DNA of 64,000 bases from Chthoniobacteraceae bacterium (GCA_037190965.1 JBBCKI010000010.1:62229-126228), one strand, 5' to 3'; shown: positions 30,504-40,497, counted from the stretch's first letter. A program made the numbers and translations. Notes: generated by a model not told the origin, from the letters alone.

Positions 30504-31214
30504 TCAAGACTCTGCCTTGGTGGCAGGCGGACGGGTCGCGTCTTGCGCAGGCGCGGGCTTGCGAAGATGCAGGTAGAGGGCGTAGGCCAGTCCCACGGAG
30601 CCGGTCAAGGCAGCCGGGACGTACAAGGCGCGGTAGCTGAATGAGGCGAATGCGAAAGAGCCCGCGACGCCTCCGGTGAAGAAAGAGAAAATCAGATAGA
30701 GGCTGAGGGTGATACGCCGATGATCCACGGGAAGCCCTCGGAAGAATTGGCCGATAAAGATGCCCAGATCGGTGAAAATTCCCGTGACATGGGTGGTGCG
30801 CAGAACGGCTCCGCTGTAGGTGCTCACCATCCCGTTCTGAAGCCCGCAGGCGCACGACGCCAGGTAGTCGCCAGAAACCATCTGCCTGCCCAGCAGCGGA
30901 ACGGCAATGAAGAGCATGGCCGATTCGAGCAGCAGGGCGACCCCATAACGCCTGCCGAGCTTAAGCGCGCCGTCCTGGATGAGGAATCCCCCGAGGATTG
31001 CCCCGGCCACAAATGAGCCGATGATCGCGGCCAGGTGCCACATGCCGGCTCTGTCGCCTGTTGCCGCTGCAACTCCAAGGAGGGTGGTCGTGCCCGTCAA
31101 ATGGGTCACTCCTTGATGTTGAAAGCCCAGAAAGCCGACGGCGTTGATCATGCCCGCGATCAACGCGAGCACGGAGCCGCCAAACCAGACCCACCGGGGT
31201 AGCTTTGAAATCAT
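30504..31214 (-). CDS. YoaK/DUF1275 membrane protein
   Basis: AGMINAVGF, THLTG, GLQN, RTTHVTG..TD motifs. Confidence 0.9.
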   Translation of the reverse strand: MISKLPRWVWFGGSVLALIAGMINAVGFLGFQHQGVTHLTGTTTLLGVAAATGDRAGMWHLAAIIGSFVAGAILGGFLIQDGALKLGRRYGVALLLESAMLFIAVPLLGRQMVSGDYLASCACGLQNGMVSTYSGAVLRTTHVTGIFTDLGIFIGQFFRGLPVDHRRITLSLYLIFSFFTGGVAGSFAFASFSYRALYVPAALTGSVGLAYALYLHLRKPAPAQDATRPPATKAES

Positions 31215-31325
31215 GGCATAAAGAAAGATCGGAATCCCTGAGACTCTTTCGGAAAAAGAGCCCGAGGCCCACTAAAGCGAGAAGGAGAGGGGAGTCAATC
31301 TGATTACTGCCGTTGGAGCGGCAAG

Positions 31326-31467
31326 GTAGCCCGCTCTCGCCGAGAGCGCGGGATCGGTGAAGAGTCGCGTTTGGTGCTCATCCCCGCAGGACGGGCTGCT
31401 GGTATTGGGATGAGTCCCTCATGAAATACCGAGTCGATACCCGCGCTCGACGGCGCGCGCGGGCTAC
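31326..31467. repeat. REPIN-like element copy 5 (reverse orientation)
   Basis: GTAGCCCGCTCTCGCCGAGAGCGCGGG ... CCCGCGCTCGACGGCGCGCGCGGGCTAC. Confidence 0.85.
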
Positions 31468-31495
31468 CGGAGCTGCCGCACGGACTGGCTTAACG

Positions 31496-32950
31496 TTATC
31501 CTCTCCCACCGCCGTTTCTAAGAAGCTCTTGGGTGACGAGTTTGCCGAGGGTTGCCACGGCTTGTTCGATCTTCGAGCTCCAAAGATGGCCGCAACTGAT
31601 CCGAATGTAGTGTTTGAATTCGGCGGCGGGTGAGAAGAGGTGCCCCGGAGCGATGCTGATCTTGAGTTTTCTTGCCTCGTGGAAGAGTGCGAGGGCGTCC
31701 ACTTGCGGGGGGAGTTCGACCCACAGGACGAATCCTCCCGCCGGGTTGGTAATTTTGATTTCTCCAGGCAGCGCGGCGGCAAGCGTTTCGCGCATGGAGA
31801 GCACTTGCTCGCGGAAGGTGCGGCGGAGGGTGCGGAGGTGATGTTCGTAGCCGCCGTTGCGGAGGAACTCGGCAACCGTCAATGCCATCAAGGGGGCGTT
31901 ATAAAAGTTCAGGGCCGTCTTCACCTGCATGATCTTGTCGTGGTAGCGGCCCGCGGAGACGTAACCCACCCGGTAGCCGGGGGCGAGCGTCTTGGAGAAT
32001 GATCCGCAGAGAATCGTGCCCCCGGTTTTATCCAACGCCTTGAGGCATTGCGGGCGCTCTTCTCCAAAATGGAGGTCGCCATAAACGTCGTCTTCGATGA
32101 TGGGGATACCGTGCTCTTCGGCCAATGCCACCAGTTCCGTGCGATTGGCCTCGGGCATGCAACTCCCCAGCGGGTTGCTGAAATTCGGGACAACGACAAT
32201 GGCTGCGACCTTTTCCCGGCCGACCACTTTGCGCGTGGCGGAGATATCCAGGCCGTCCTGTGGGCTGGAAGGGATGGCCACGGCGCGCAAGCCCAACTGG
32301 CTCAGGATATTGAGCACCCCGTGGTGGGTTGGCGACTCGAGGATCACCGTGTCGCCCGGCTTGGCCACGGCCTTCAAGGCCAGGTGGATGGCCTCGGTGG
32401 CTCCTTGGGTAATAATGAAGTCGTCAGGCGTCAGATAGCAGCCCCAATCCAATGACCGGCGGCTGAGTTCCGTGCGGAGCCGTGGGCAGCCGGGCGCGGG
32501 ATCGCAGGTGATGGCAGACTGGGTGTTCAGACGCGAAAGCGACGCCATGACCCGCGCGAGCTTTTTCCCCGGGAGGAGTTCCGCACTCGGGTGCGCGCCG
32601 CCCATTTTCACGAAATCCGGGTTCACCACGTCATGCACCAGGGCCATGAGCGGCGGGAACTTGGAGAGGCTCTTGGCCTGAGGGACGCGCCGGGAGATGG
32701 TGGGGAGTTGAAGCGATCTCGCCAGAAGACTGCGGACGTAAAAGCCTGATTTCGGGCGAGCTTCGATCAATCGCCGGTCTTCCAGCAGCGTATAAGCCTG
32801 AAGTACGGTGGGAACGCTGACCTGATGTTGCTTGCTGGTCTGGCGCACCGAGGGGATCCGGTCGCCGGGGTGGAACATCCCCAAATGGATCATTTCCTCC
32901 ATTTTGTCTGCCAACTTTAGGTAAAGGGGCTGTTCGACGGGTTCGTGCAT
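31496..32950 (-). CDS. MocR/GabR family regulator (GntR wHTH + PLP aminotransferase domain)
   Basis: GDRIPSVR...VS..TV.QAY..LE...IEARPKSGFYV; NPLG, IIEDDVYG, GSFSKTLAPGYRVG. Confidence 0.93.
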   Translation of the reverse strand: MHEPVEQPLYLKLADKMEEMIHLGMFHPGDRIPSVRQTSKQHQVSVPTVLQAYTLLEDRRLIEARPKSGFYVRSLLARSLQLPTISRRVPQAKSLSKFPPLMALVHDVVNPDFVKMGGAHPSAELLPGKKLARVMASLSRLNTQSAITCDPAPGCPRLRTELSRRSLDWGCYLTPDDFIITQGATEAIHLALKAVAKPGDTVILESPTHHGVLNILSQLGLRAVAIPSSPQDGLDISATRKVVGREKVAAIVVVPNFSNPLGSCMPEANRTELVALAEEHGIPIIEDDVYGDLHFGEERPQCLKALDKTGGTILCGSFSKTLAPGYRVGYVSAGRYHDKIMQVKTALNFYNAPLMALTVAEFLRNGGYEHHLRTLRRTFREQVLSMRETLAAALPGEIKITNPAGGFVLWVELPPQVDALALFHEARKLKISIAPGHLFSPAAEFKHYIRISCGHLWSSKIEQAVATLGKLVTQELLRNGGGRG

Positions 32951-32972
32951 GGCGCGGATTTTAGCGATTGAA

Positions 32973-33121
32973 CACCTGCACAGAGGGGTTTGCAACCCGC
33001 ATTTAGGCGATCTGTGCAAGGCGCAGGGGTGCTACCGCACCATTTTCGTCATCGCCTATCGAAGAGTCTGAGCAAAGAAAAGCTAATCTGTGCAGGTGAT
33101 CAAGTCGCTCATCTGTGTCTG
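32973..33121. promoter_or_regulatory. Candidate MocR operator array (TCTGTGCA motif)
   Basis: CACCTGCACAGA (32973-32984) is the exact reverse complement of TCTGTGCAGGTG (33087-33098); related motifs at 33011, 33067 and 33112. Confidence 0.55.
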
Positions 33122-33290
33122 TTAAAGGAGCCGTTTATGACATAGTTTGGCGATGGGCAGTCTTGAAATGCCTTCTCATTATGCTACTTACATGCCTTTT
33201 TCGCCCCGAGGAGGGCTCTTCACGGAGCCGTTTTTGGGGCCGTTTTTAGTTGAGACGCGCCCAGTACCCATCCTTAGGTTTGATTTTGAT

Positions 33291-35048
33291 ATGATTCCCG
33301 ACCATGCACCCTTTTTGCCTCAACAGCGCCAGTCGATTTCGGCTCTGTTAGCAGGCCTTTCTCCCTTGCAGCGTTTCTGGCTGGGTGGGTTTTTGTCTTC
33401 GACTTCGGTCGCCCAATCGGGAGAGGCAGCGCCTCCCAGCGCCTCTGCGGGCAAGTTGACGGTGCTTTACGGAACGGAGTCGGGCAATGCTGAGAAGCTG
33501 GCCGATCTTTCCGCCAAGGAAGCCAAAAAACGCGGCCTTCAAGTCAAGGTGGTGAATATGGCGGACGTCAGCCCTTCGATGCTGGCAAAGGTGGACAACC
33601 TGATCGTGATCGTGAGCACCTGGGGCGAGGGGGATCCTCCCGAGAGCGCCGGGGCTTTTTACAAGGCGTTGCCTTCGACCGAGGTGGACCTCGCAAAACT
33701 GAAGTTCTCGGTCTGCGCGTTGGGAGACACGGCTTACGAGAAGTTTTGCCAAACGGGCAAAGACATCGACGCGTGGCTTGAGGCGCGTGGCGCAACGCGG
33801 GTGGTCCCGCGGGAGGACTGTGACGTCTCCTATCAGGAGCCGCACAAGAAGTGGCTGGAGGCGGTGCTGAACGTTCTGGCGTGTGCTCCGGAATTTTCCG
33901 CAGCCATCACCTCTGGGCTTCCTGCATTTTTCCTGGGGACCGAAAGCGCAGCTGTGGAGTATGGGCGTGACAATCCCTTCAAGGCGACGCTCGCCGAGAA
34001 AGTGCGCCTGACCGATATGCGCAGTGGCAAGGAGACCTGGCACTACGGGCTTTCGATTGAAGATTCCGGAATCTCTTATGAGCCGGGCGACGCCTTGGCG
34101 GTTGTGCCGGAGAATGCGCCTGACGTCGTTGACGGCGTTCTCGCCGCGGCGAAGCTCTCGGACGCGACGCTTCGCACGGCTTTGCTCTCGGAATACGATG
34201 TGACGACCCTTTCCCGCAATATGCTGGAGAAGCTGGCGGCGGTTTCACCCTCGGCGAAGTTGTCGGCCCTGCTGGCCGCGGAGAACAAGGGCGAGTTGAA
34301 GAGCTATCTCTACGGGCGGTGGATCGAAGATGCGCTGCGCGATTTCGCCTCCGACGGGCTTTCCGCAGAACAGCTTCGCTCCTTGCTGCGGCCGTTGCCC
34401 CAGCGGCTTTACTCCATTGCCTCGAGCCTCGCGGCTTTCCCGGACGAAGTCCATCTTACGGTGGCATCGGTCCGCTACGAGTCCAATGGACGCCAGCGCA
34501 AGGGGGTGGCTTCGACGTATCTGGCGGATCTCGTCGATGTCGGCGGTTCCGTGTCGGTCTACGCCCAGGCGAATCGCAATTTCCGCCTGCCGACCTCTTC
34601 CGAAACACCCATCATCATGGTGGGGCCGGGCACGGGGGTCGCTCCGTTCCGCGCGTTTACGCAAGCTCGGGCGGCAGCGGGGGCGACCGGGAAATCGTGG
34701 CTCTTCTTTGGCGATCAGCATTATACCCATGACTTCCTCTATCAGTTGGAGTGGCAGGAGCATCTCGCCAATGGAAGCCTGAGCCGGTTGGACGTGGCAT
34801 TCTCCCGGGATCAACCGGAGAAAGTCTACGTACAGCACAAGATGCTGGACCGCGCCGCTGAGCTTTATGCCTGGCTGCAGGAGGGGGCGCACTTCTATGT
34901 TTGCGGTGACGCCTCGCGGATGGCTCATGATGTGCATGAGACGCTGGTCACCATTTTCGAGAAACAGGGCGGGAAATCCCGCGAAGCTGCCGAAGCGGAA
35001 GTTGAGGAACTTCGTAAGGCCCGCCGTTATCAGAAGGACGTCTATTGA
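33291..35048 (+). CDS. cysJ: Sulfite reductase (NADPH) flavoprotein subunit
   Basis: Flavodoxin YGTESGNA, STWGEGDPP; RLYSIASS, GVAS.YL, GPGTGVAPFR, RYQKDVY. Confidence 0.93.
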   Translation: MIPDHAPFLPQQRQSISALLAGLSPLQRFWLGGFLSSTSVAQSGEAAPPSASAGKLTVLYGTESGNAEKLADLSAKEAKKRGLQVKVVNMADVSPSMLAKVDNLIVIVSTWGEGDPPESAGAFYKALPSTEVDLAKLKFSVCALGDTAYEKFCQTGKDIDAWLEARGATRVVPREDCDVSYQEPHKKWLEAVLNVLACAPEFSAAITSGLPAFFLGTESAAVEYGRDNPFKATLAEKVRLTDMRSGKETWHYGLSIEDSGISYEPGDALAVVPENAPDVVDGVLAAAKLSDATLRTALLSEYDVTTLSRNMLEKLAAVSPSAKLSALLAAENKGELKSYLYGRWIEDALRDFASDGLSAEQLRSLLRPLPQRLYSIASSLAAFPDEVHLTVASVRYESNGRQRKGVASTYLADLVDVGGSVSVYAQANRNFRLPTSSETPIIMVGPGTGVAPFRAFTQARAAAGATGKSWLFFGDQHYTHDFLYQLEWQEHLANGSLSRLDVAFSRDQPEKVYVQHKMLDRAAELYAWLQEGAHFYVCGDASRMAHDVHETLVTIFEKQGGKSREAAEAEVEELRKARRYQKDVY

Positions 35049-35623
35049 GCCCCTACGCCAAAGCTCGCATTCTGATCGACGAAGCCCACGAGGCGGACCC
35101 CAACCGCACGGCGGATGGGGTGTCGGCGGAATTGCGTTATTCCGAGAGAGTGGAGGCGTGGGTGAAAAGACTCTGCCCCGAAGCCTCGGAATTGCTTTGC
35201 CTTGCGGCCAACTGCCAGCATTTGGAGCGTTGGAAGACCCCGCGCCAAACCTATCCAGCGGGAAGAGCCGGTTATCTGGAGTGGCGGCGTCTGCTTTACA
35301 CGAAGCAGGCGTGCCGTGCCGAAGAACTTCTCTTGCAAGCCGGGGTTCCGGCAGGGGAGGCCGCAGAGGCGGCGCTTTGGATTTCCAAAACGGACCTGAA
35401 GACCAACGAAGGAACGCAAGCATTGGAAGACGCCGCCATTCTCGTTTTTCTGGAGAACGAGATTGAGGCGTTTCTTGCAGCGCACGAAGATAAACCCCGG
35501 GAGAAGATGGTGGAGATCCTGCGCAAAAGCTGGCGCAAGCTGACCCCCCGTGGACAAGCCGCCGCGGCCGGGCTCAAGCTGACACCGGCCATCACCAGTT
35601 TGATCCAGGAGGCTGTCGCATAA
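35045..35623 (+). CDS. DUF4202 domain protein
   Basis: IDEAH..DPN, EL.YS, QHLERW..PR..YP.GRAGYL.WR, QALEDA..LVFLE; TTG start overlaps the cysJ TGA. Confidence 0.85.
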   Translation: MSPYAKARILIDEAHEADPNRTADGVSAELRYSERVEAWVKRLCPEASELLCLAANCQHLERWKTPRQTYPAGRAGYLEWRRLLYTKQACRAEELLLQAGVPAGEAAEAALWISKTDLKTNEGTQALEDAAILVFLENEIEAFLAAHEDKPREKMVEILRKSWRKLTPRGQAAAAGLKLTPAITSLIQEAVA

Positions 35624-35684
35624 ATAGCGCCGACGACGCGCACCGCGCAGCCCTATCGCAAACACACAATTTCAAGTAAGTAAC

Positions 35685-37439
35685 ATGAGCAACAAACCAC
35701 TCTCGCCCAATGAGGGCGTCAAAACGCGTTCCCGCTACCTGCGCGGAACTCTCGCGGAAGGATTGGCGGACACCTCGACGGGATCCTTGGCAGAGGATGA
35801 CCAGATTGTGCTGAAGTTTCACGGCACCTATCAGCAAGACGATCGCGACGTCCGGGCCGACCGGCGCAAGCATCGCCTCGAGAGAGCTTTTTCATTCATG
35901 ACGCGCATCCGCCTTCCCGGAGGCGTGATCACGCCGTCGCAATGGCTGGCATCGGATGAGATGTGCACCAATTTTGGCAATGGCACCATCAAGTTGACGA
36001 CTCGCCAGGCCATCCAATTGCACGGCATCATCAAGACCAACCTCAAGCGGACGATCAAACAGATCAACGATGTGGCAATGGATACCATTGCGGCCTGCGG
36101 CGACGTGAACCGCAACGTGATGTGCAATCCGAATCCCTACCTTTCGGCGATTCACGCGGAAGTGTTACGGGACGCGCGGGGGATCTCCACGCACCTGACG
36201 CCGCGCACCCGCGCCTACCATGAAGTCTGGCTGGATGGGGAAAAGGTAAGCAGCTCCGAGCAGGAGGAAGAGCCGATCTACGGGAAGACCTATCTGCCCC
36301 GCAAGTTCAAGATCGCTATCGCCGTGCCGCCGAGCAACGACGTCGATATTTTTGCCAACGACCTTTCCTTCATTGCCATTGTCGAAGAGGGCAAACTGGT
36401 CGGCTATAACGTGGCAGTGGGCGGCGGCATGGCTCTGACCCACGGTAACGAAGCCACTTACCCACGAATCGCCGACGTGATCGGCTTCTGCCCCGTGGAG
36501 AAAATTGTCGATGTGGCCGAGAAAGTCCTGCTCGTGCAGCGCGATTACGGCGACCGCGTCGATCGCAAGCACGCGCGTCTGAAATACACGGTGCATGACC
36601 ACGGGGTGCCATGGTTCCTGGGTAAGCTAAACGAATACCTGGGCTACGAAATCGAAGCGGCCCGCCCTTATCAGTTCGACGATAATGGCGACCGTTTCGG
36701 GTGGGTGGAAGACGCCAACGGCAATAGTCATTTTACCCTCTATGTCTGCGGCGGCCGCGTGGTCGATCGCCCTGACTATGCCTTGCGCACCGGGTTGCGG
36801 GAGATTGCGAAAGTCCACACCGGAGATTTCCGGCTCACCGCGAACCAGAACTTGATGATCGCCAATGTGACTCCTGCTCAGCGCCCGGTTCTCGAGGCGT
36901 TGATGGAAGAGTATGGGATCCATCGCAGTCACCAGCAAAGCGGGATGCGGTTATCCTCCATCGCCTGCGTTGCCTTGCCTACCTGCGGCCTGGCGTTGGC
37001 GGAGTCCGAGCGCTTTCTGCCTGATGTGGTGAGCAAAGTCGAAGAGACCTTGGAGGAAGTCGGTTTGCGGCATGATGCCATCACGATCCGGATGACCGGC
37101 TGCCCCAACGGTTGCGGGCGTCCCTTCATCTCGGAGATCGGCTTGGTCGGGCGCAGTCCCAACCGCTATAATGTCTACCTCGGAGGCGGGCATGCGGGGG
37201 ATCGGTTGAGCAAACTTTTCCGCGACGACGTGCCCGGGGAGGAGATCGCCGGTATTCTGGCTCCCGTCTTGCGTGACTATGCTCAAGCGAGAAATGAGGG
37301 AGAGCATTTCGGGGATTTTGTGATCCGCGCGGGTTACGTGAAAGCCACGATCCAGGGCGATGACTTCCATAAGAACCTTGGCAATGTCAAAGGCGAGGCC
37401 TTGAAGGCCGAGGAAGAACTGATCCCGGCAGGCCGTTGA
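35685..37439 (+). CDS. cysI: Sulfite reductase (NADPH) hemoprotein subunit
   Basis: KFHGTYQQDDRD, YLPRKFKI, CVALPTCGLA, MTGCPNGCGRP siroheme/4Fe-4S ligands. Confidence 0.96.
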   Translation: MSNKPLSPNEGVKTRSRYLRGTLAEGLADTSTGSLAEDDQIVLKFHGTYQQDDRDVRADRRKHRLERAFSFMTRIRLPGGVITPSQWLASDEMCTNFGNGTIKLTTRQAIQLHGIIKTNLKRTIKQINDVAMDTIAACGDVNRNVMCNPNPYLSAIHAEVLRDARGISTHLTPRTRAYHEVWLDGEKVSSSEQEEEPIYGKTYLPRKFKIAIAVPPSNDVDIFANDLSFIAIVEEGKLVGYNVAVGGGMALTHGNEATYPRIADVIGFCPVEKIVDVAEKVLLVQRDYGDRVDRKHARLKYTVHDHGVPWFLGKLNEYLGYEIEAARPYQFDDNGDRFGWVEDANGNSHFTLYVCGGRVVDRPDYALRTGLREIAKVHTGDFRLTANQNLMIANVTPAQRPVLEALMEEYGIHRSHQQSGMRLSSIACVALPTCGLALAESERFLPDVVSKVEETLEEVGLRHDAITIRMTGCPNGCGRPFISEIGLVGRSPNRYNVYLGGGHAGDRLSKLFRDDVPGEEIAGILAPVLRDYAQARNEGEHFGDFVIRAGYVKATIQGDDFHKNLGNVKGEALKAEEELIPAGR

Positions 37440-37478
37440 TGATCTCATGGGGAGACAGTCTCTCCTCCAGTTGTAATT

Positions 37479-37519
37479 GGAAATCCCGTCTCTTCTCCAA
37501 GGGACGGGGTTTTCCTTTT
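37479..37519 (+). terminator. Terminator hairpin between convergent cysI and the dehydrogenase gene
   Basis: GGAAATCCCGTCTCTT-CTCC-AAGGGACGGGGTTTTCC followed by TTTT. Confidence 0.7.
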
Positions 37520-37528
37520 GGAGGGACT

Positions 37529-38845
37529 CTACCGCGTTCCCGGTTTCCAGCTAATCTTCCAGATGCTGTTGTTCCCGTCCTCGCTGACAAAAAGAGCGCC
37601 TTCTTTCGAAACGGCAAGCCCAACCGGGCGCCCCCAAACTTCGCTGTCGGACACGACGAAGCCCGTCAGGAAATCTTCGTACCCTCCTTTTGGTTTTCCA
37701 TTTTCAAGAGGAATGCGCACAACCTTGTAGCCGGTGCGCTTCCGTCGGTTCCAGGAGCCGTGGAAAGCGACGAAGATGTCATTATGATACTCCTTGGGGA
37801 ACTGATCTCCGGTGTAGAAGACGAGATTGAGCGCCGCCGAATGGGATTCGACAAGAAGGTCGGGGACCAAAACGGTCGAAGCCAATTCCGAATGCGGATC
37901 TTTTTTGTGCCGGGGATCGGGATGGTCGCCAAGGTAGAACCAGGGCCATCCGTAAAAGCCGCCATCCTTCACGCGCGTGACGTAGTCGGGAACGAGATCG
38001 TCGCCCAAACCGTCGCGCTCATTGACTGTCGCCCACAGATCGCCTGTCTTGGGATGAACCGCGATCCCAACCGCGTTGCGAAGGCCCGTGGCGTAGTCGC
38101 GCTTGTCCGATCCATCCGGGTTCATCACGAAGATCCGCGCCCGTTCTTTTTCCACGGGATCGGAATCTTCATCGACATTGGTTTTTGAGCCAACCGACGC
38201 GAAAAGCCTGCTTCCATCTGCGGAAAAGGCGATGGACCGTGTCCAATGGCCGCCGCCCTGAAGGCGTCCTCCCGACGAGAGGGGGGTAATCGGCTGGATT
38301 GGTCCCTTTGCCTTCAAGTCGCCGTTTTTATAGGGCAGCCGCACGATGCCGTCCGTATTGGCGATATAGAGGAATTCCGGATTCGGCCCGGGCGGATAAA
38401 ATGCCAATCCGAAAGGCTGCTTTAACCCGGTGATGAAGAGTTCGTTGAGATCCGGCTTTCCGGCTCCGGTGGTATCACGCAAAACGCGGATGGATCCGGT
38501 TTTGCTTTCCGTCACGAAAAGGTCTCCATTGGGAGCCGTCAGCAGAAAACGCGGATTGGCCAATCCGCTCGCGTACTCGCTGACTTGAAAGCCGTCCGGC
38601 ACTCGTAACATCGCTCCTTTGGGGCGATCGACGACTTTTGGCGCATTTCCCACGGAGCGCGTCGCGTAAGGCTGGGGGAGATCGGCGATGGAGACCTGAT
38701 GTCGCACACCCGGTGCATCGATCCGCCAGCTTCCTTTGTCTTCGACTGGTTCCCGGCCTTGAGAGAGCGAGACGACTATTAGAAAGGCAACGATTGAGGT
38801 GGAGGCCAGTCGGTTTCCTTTTGCCGTACGACCATTGGAGATCAT
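37529..38845 (-). CDS. Sorbosone/PQQ-dependent sugar dehydrogenase family
   Basis: HWTR, GLRNAVG, VNERDGLGDDLVPDY, FYGWPW, HGSWNR, GRPVG. Confidence 0.9.
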   Translation of the reverse strand: MISNGRTAKGNRLASTSIVAFLIVVSLSQGREPVEDKGSWRIDAPGVRHQVSIADLPQPYATRSVGNAPKVVDRPKGAMLRVPDGFQVSEYASGLANPRFLLTAPNGDLFVTESKTGSIRVLRDTTGAGKPDLNELFITGLKQPFGLAFYPPGPNPEFLYIANTDGIVRLPYKNGDLKAKGPIQPITPLSSGGRLQGGGHWTRSIAFSADGSRLFASVGSKTNVDEDSDPVEKERARIFVMNPDGSDKRDYATGLRNAVGIAVHPKTGDLWATVNERDGLGDDLVPDYVTRVKDGGFYGWPWFYLGDHPDPRHKKDPHSELASTVLVPDLLVESHSAALNLVFYTGDQFPKEYHNDIFVAFHGSWNRRKRTGYKVVRIPLENGKPKGGYEDFLTGFVVSDSEVWGRPVGLAVSKEGALFVSEDGNNSIWKISWKPGTR

Positions 38846-38926
38846 TTTTCTGTTATGAACCGATTTTTGAAAACCGGCAAGTCCCCCCAATCCCTGAATG
38901 CATCTACAGGAGAATGCCGAAATCCG

Positions 38927-39766
38927 TCAATCTTCAGGTTTGAAGCTGCCGACCCGGCCCCAAAGGCTCTTTGTGCCCCATATCCCCGAGCGTAGGCATT
39001 CCAGTTGTACGATCTGACTGTGATCAACAAAGAGATTGACATCAGGGCCGTAGTTTTTGACATACCATGCGAAGACTTCCGGATCAGCAGCCTCAAACAT
39101 CAGTTTCTCCGGGGGGAGTTCATTCATGAACAATGCCGGCACATCCGTACGCCATGGTTCGGTATTTTCCGTGATTCCTTCAGACTCAATCATGATCATG
39201 TAAGCGCCCGCATCCAGAAAGCGACGCGCCAGGGCCACAGCCCATCGCGGATCACGGGTGCCTTCTGCTTTCAACTCCTGGGCGGCGGTTGCTCCGCCAG
39301 CGCCGAACTGGATGCCAACCTCGGGCTTTGCCTTTAACCCAGCTTTTTGGACAGCGTCAATCAGTCGCAACCAATCCTCCGGCGGGATGGTTATAAAGCC
39401 CGAGGAGACTTCGATGATATCGAAGCCAAGCGATTTGCATTCCTGAATGTATTGCCGGACGGCCTCAACCCTTTGCATGAGGACGTATTCAATAAAGCCG
39501 CCCGTCGAAACGAGCACTTCGTGTCTATGACAGAGGTCAATCAGTTCCTTGAGGGCGGTTCTTGGCAGAAGACTGAACGAACCTCCGGCGAATTTGAGCG
39601 AATCGATATGGTCGCCCATCGTTTCCAGCATGTCTTCAAGATAACGCCGCCCGATCATGGAATAATAGGGTCCGCGAACTTCCGTGATTCGCTGCGAGCG
39701 AGGCTTTCCAGGCGCGCTGTTCATCCGCAAAAAGCGAAATGGATAACGATCTTGGTTATCTGGCAT
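38927..39766 (-). CDS. Phosphosulfolactate synthase (ComA-like)
   Basis: KPR...ITE.RGPY, D.LKF.GG, STGG..E, GFD.IEVSSG, IESEG, FEA, GPDVNL, LECLR.G.WG. Confidence 0.8.
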   Translation of the reverse strand: MPDNQDRYPFRFLRMNSAPGKPRSQRITEVRGPYYSMIGRRYLEDMLETMGDHIDSLKFAGGSFSLLPRTALKELIDLCHRHEVLVSTGGFIEYVLMQRVEAVRQYIQECKSLGFDIIEVSSGFITIPPEDWLRLIDAVQKAGLKAKPEVGIQFGAGGATAAQELKAEGTRDPRWAVALARRFLDAGAYMIMIESEGITENTEPWRTDVPALFMNELPPEKLMFEAADPEVFAWYVKNYGPDVNLFVDHSQIVQLECLRSGIWGTKSLWGRVGSFKPED

Positions 39767-39966
39767 GGCGGAGGCTGAAGGCGGTACGCAGTCTTTTGCG
39801 GCGCGGCGGGAATGAGGGCGAATTGCTGGAGAATTCGAAAATCCCGGTCACTTTGGACGTCCTGGGAGGAAATCGGGGGCCATTTTGCGGATCCTCTGGC
39901 CCATTTTCAAACGGGCGACCGCCGTACGGAACGCTCCTTGCTCTATAATTCCTGCACCCCAGAGCC

Positions 39967-40497
39967 ATGAGCCGACTTTCAAAAACCATCCTCGCAATCG
40001 CCACTGCCTCCTCCATGGGTGGCTGTAGCACAGTTTCCGACCTTGTCGTGTCCAACATTCCGGATCGGCGCAAAGGCAAAGCAAAAATTGTCGTCCAGCT
40101 TCGAGAGCAACGGGCTATTCTTTACAAGGGTAAACATGAAGTCGCAGAATCGAGAGTCTCCACCGGGCGCGAGGGATATGGTACTCCCGTTGGCAATTTC
40201 AAGGTGATCCGCAAACATAAAGATCATCGTTCCGGTCTTTACGGCGACTATGTTGATAAGAGCGGCAGGATCGTTAAAGCGAACGTCGATGTCCGAAAAC
40301 ATCCGCGGCCCCGCGGGGCTGTTTTCGAAGGAGCCCCAATGCCTTATTTCCTGGAATTTAGCCCGAGCTATGGATTTCACGCCGGTGATCTCCCAGGGTA
40401 TCCCGCCTCTCACGGTTGTGTGCGAATGCCCTACTGGAAGGCCCGTCAATTTTTCAACGCAGCCAAGATCGGCACTCCGGTTATCGTTACTCGCTGA
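39967..40497 (+). CDS. L,D-transpeptidase (YkuD) lipoprotein
   Basis: Lipobox-like MGGC; STGR...TP.G.F; HAG...ASHGCVR catalytic motif. Confidence 0.9.
   Translation: MSRLSKTILAIATASSMGGCSTVSDLVVSNIPDRRKGKAKIVVQLREQRAILYKGKHEVAESRVSTGREGYGTPVGNFKVIRKHKDHRSGLYGDYVDKSGRIVKANVDVRKHPRPRGAVFEGAPMPYFLEFSPSYGFHAGDLPGYPASHGCVRMPYWKARQFFNAAKIGTPVIVTR

Noticed and set aside
33055..33290. SAM riboswitch upstream of cysJ
   Set aside because: Only a weak ATCGAAGAG resemblance; core SAM-I elements (GCAACC, GGTGC.AA) are not in place.
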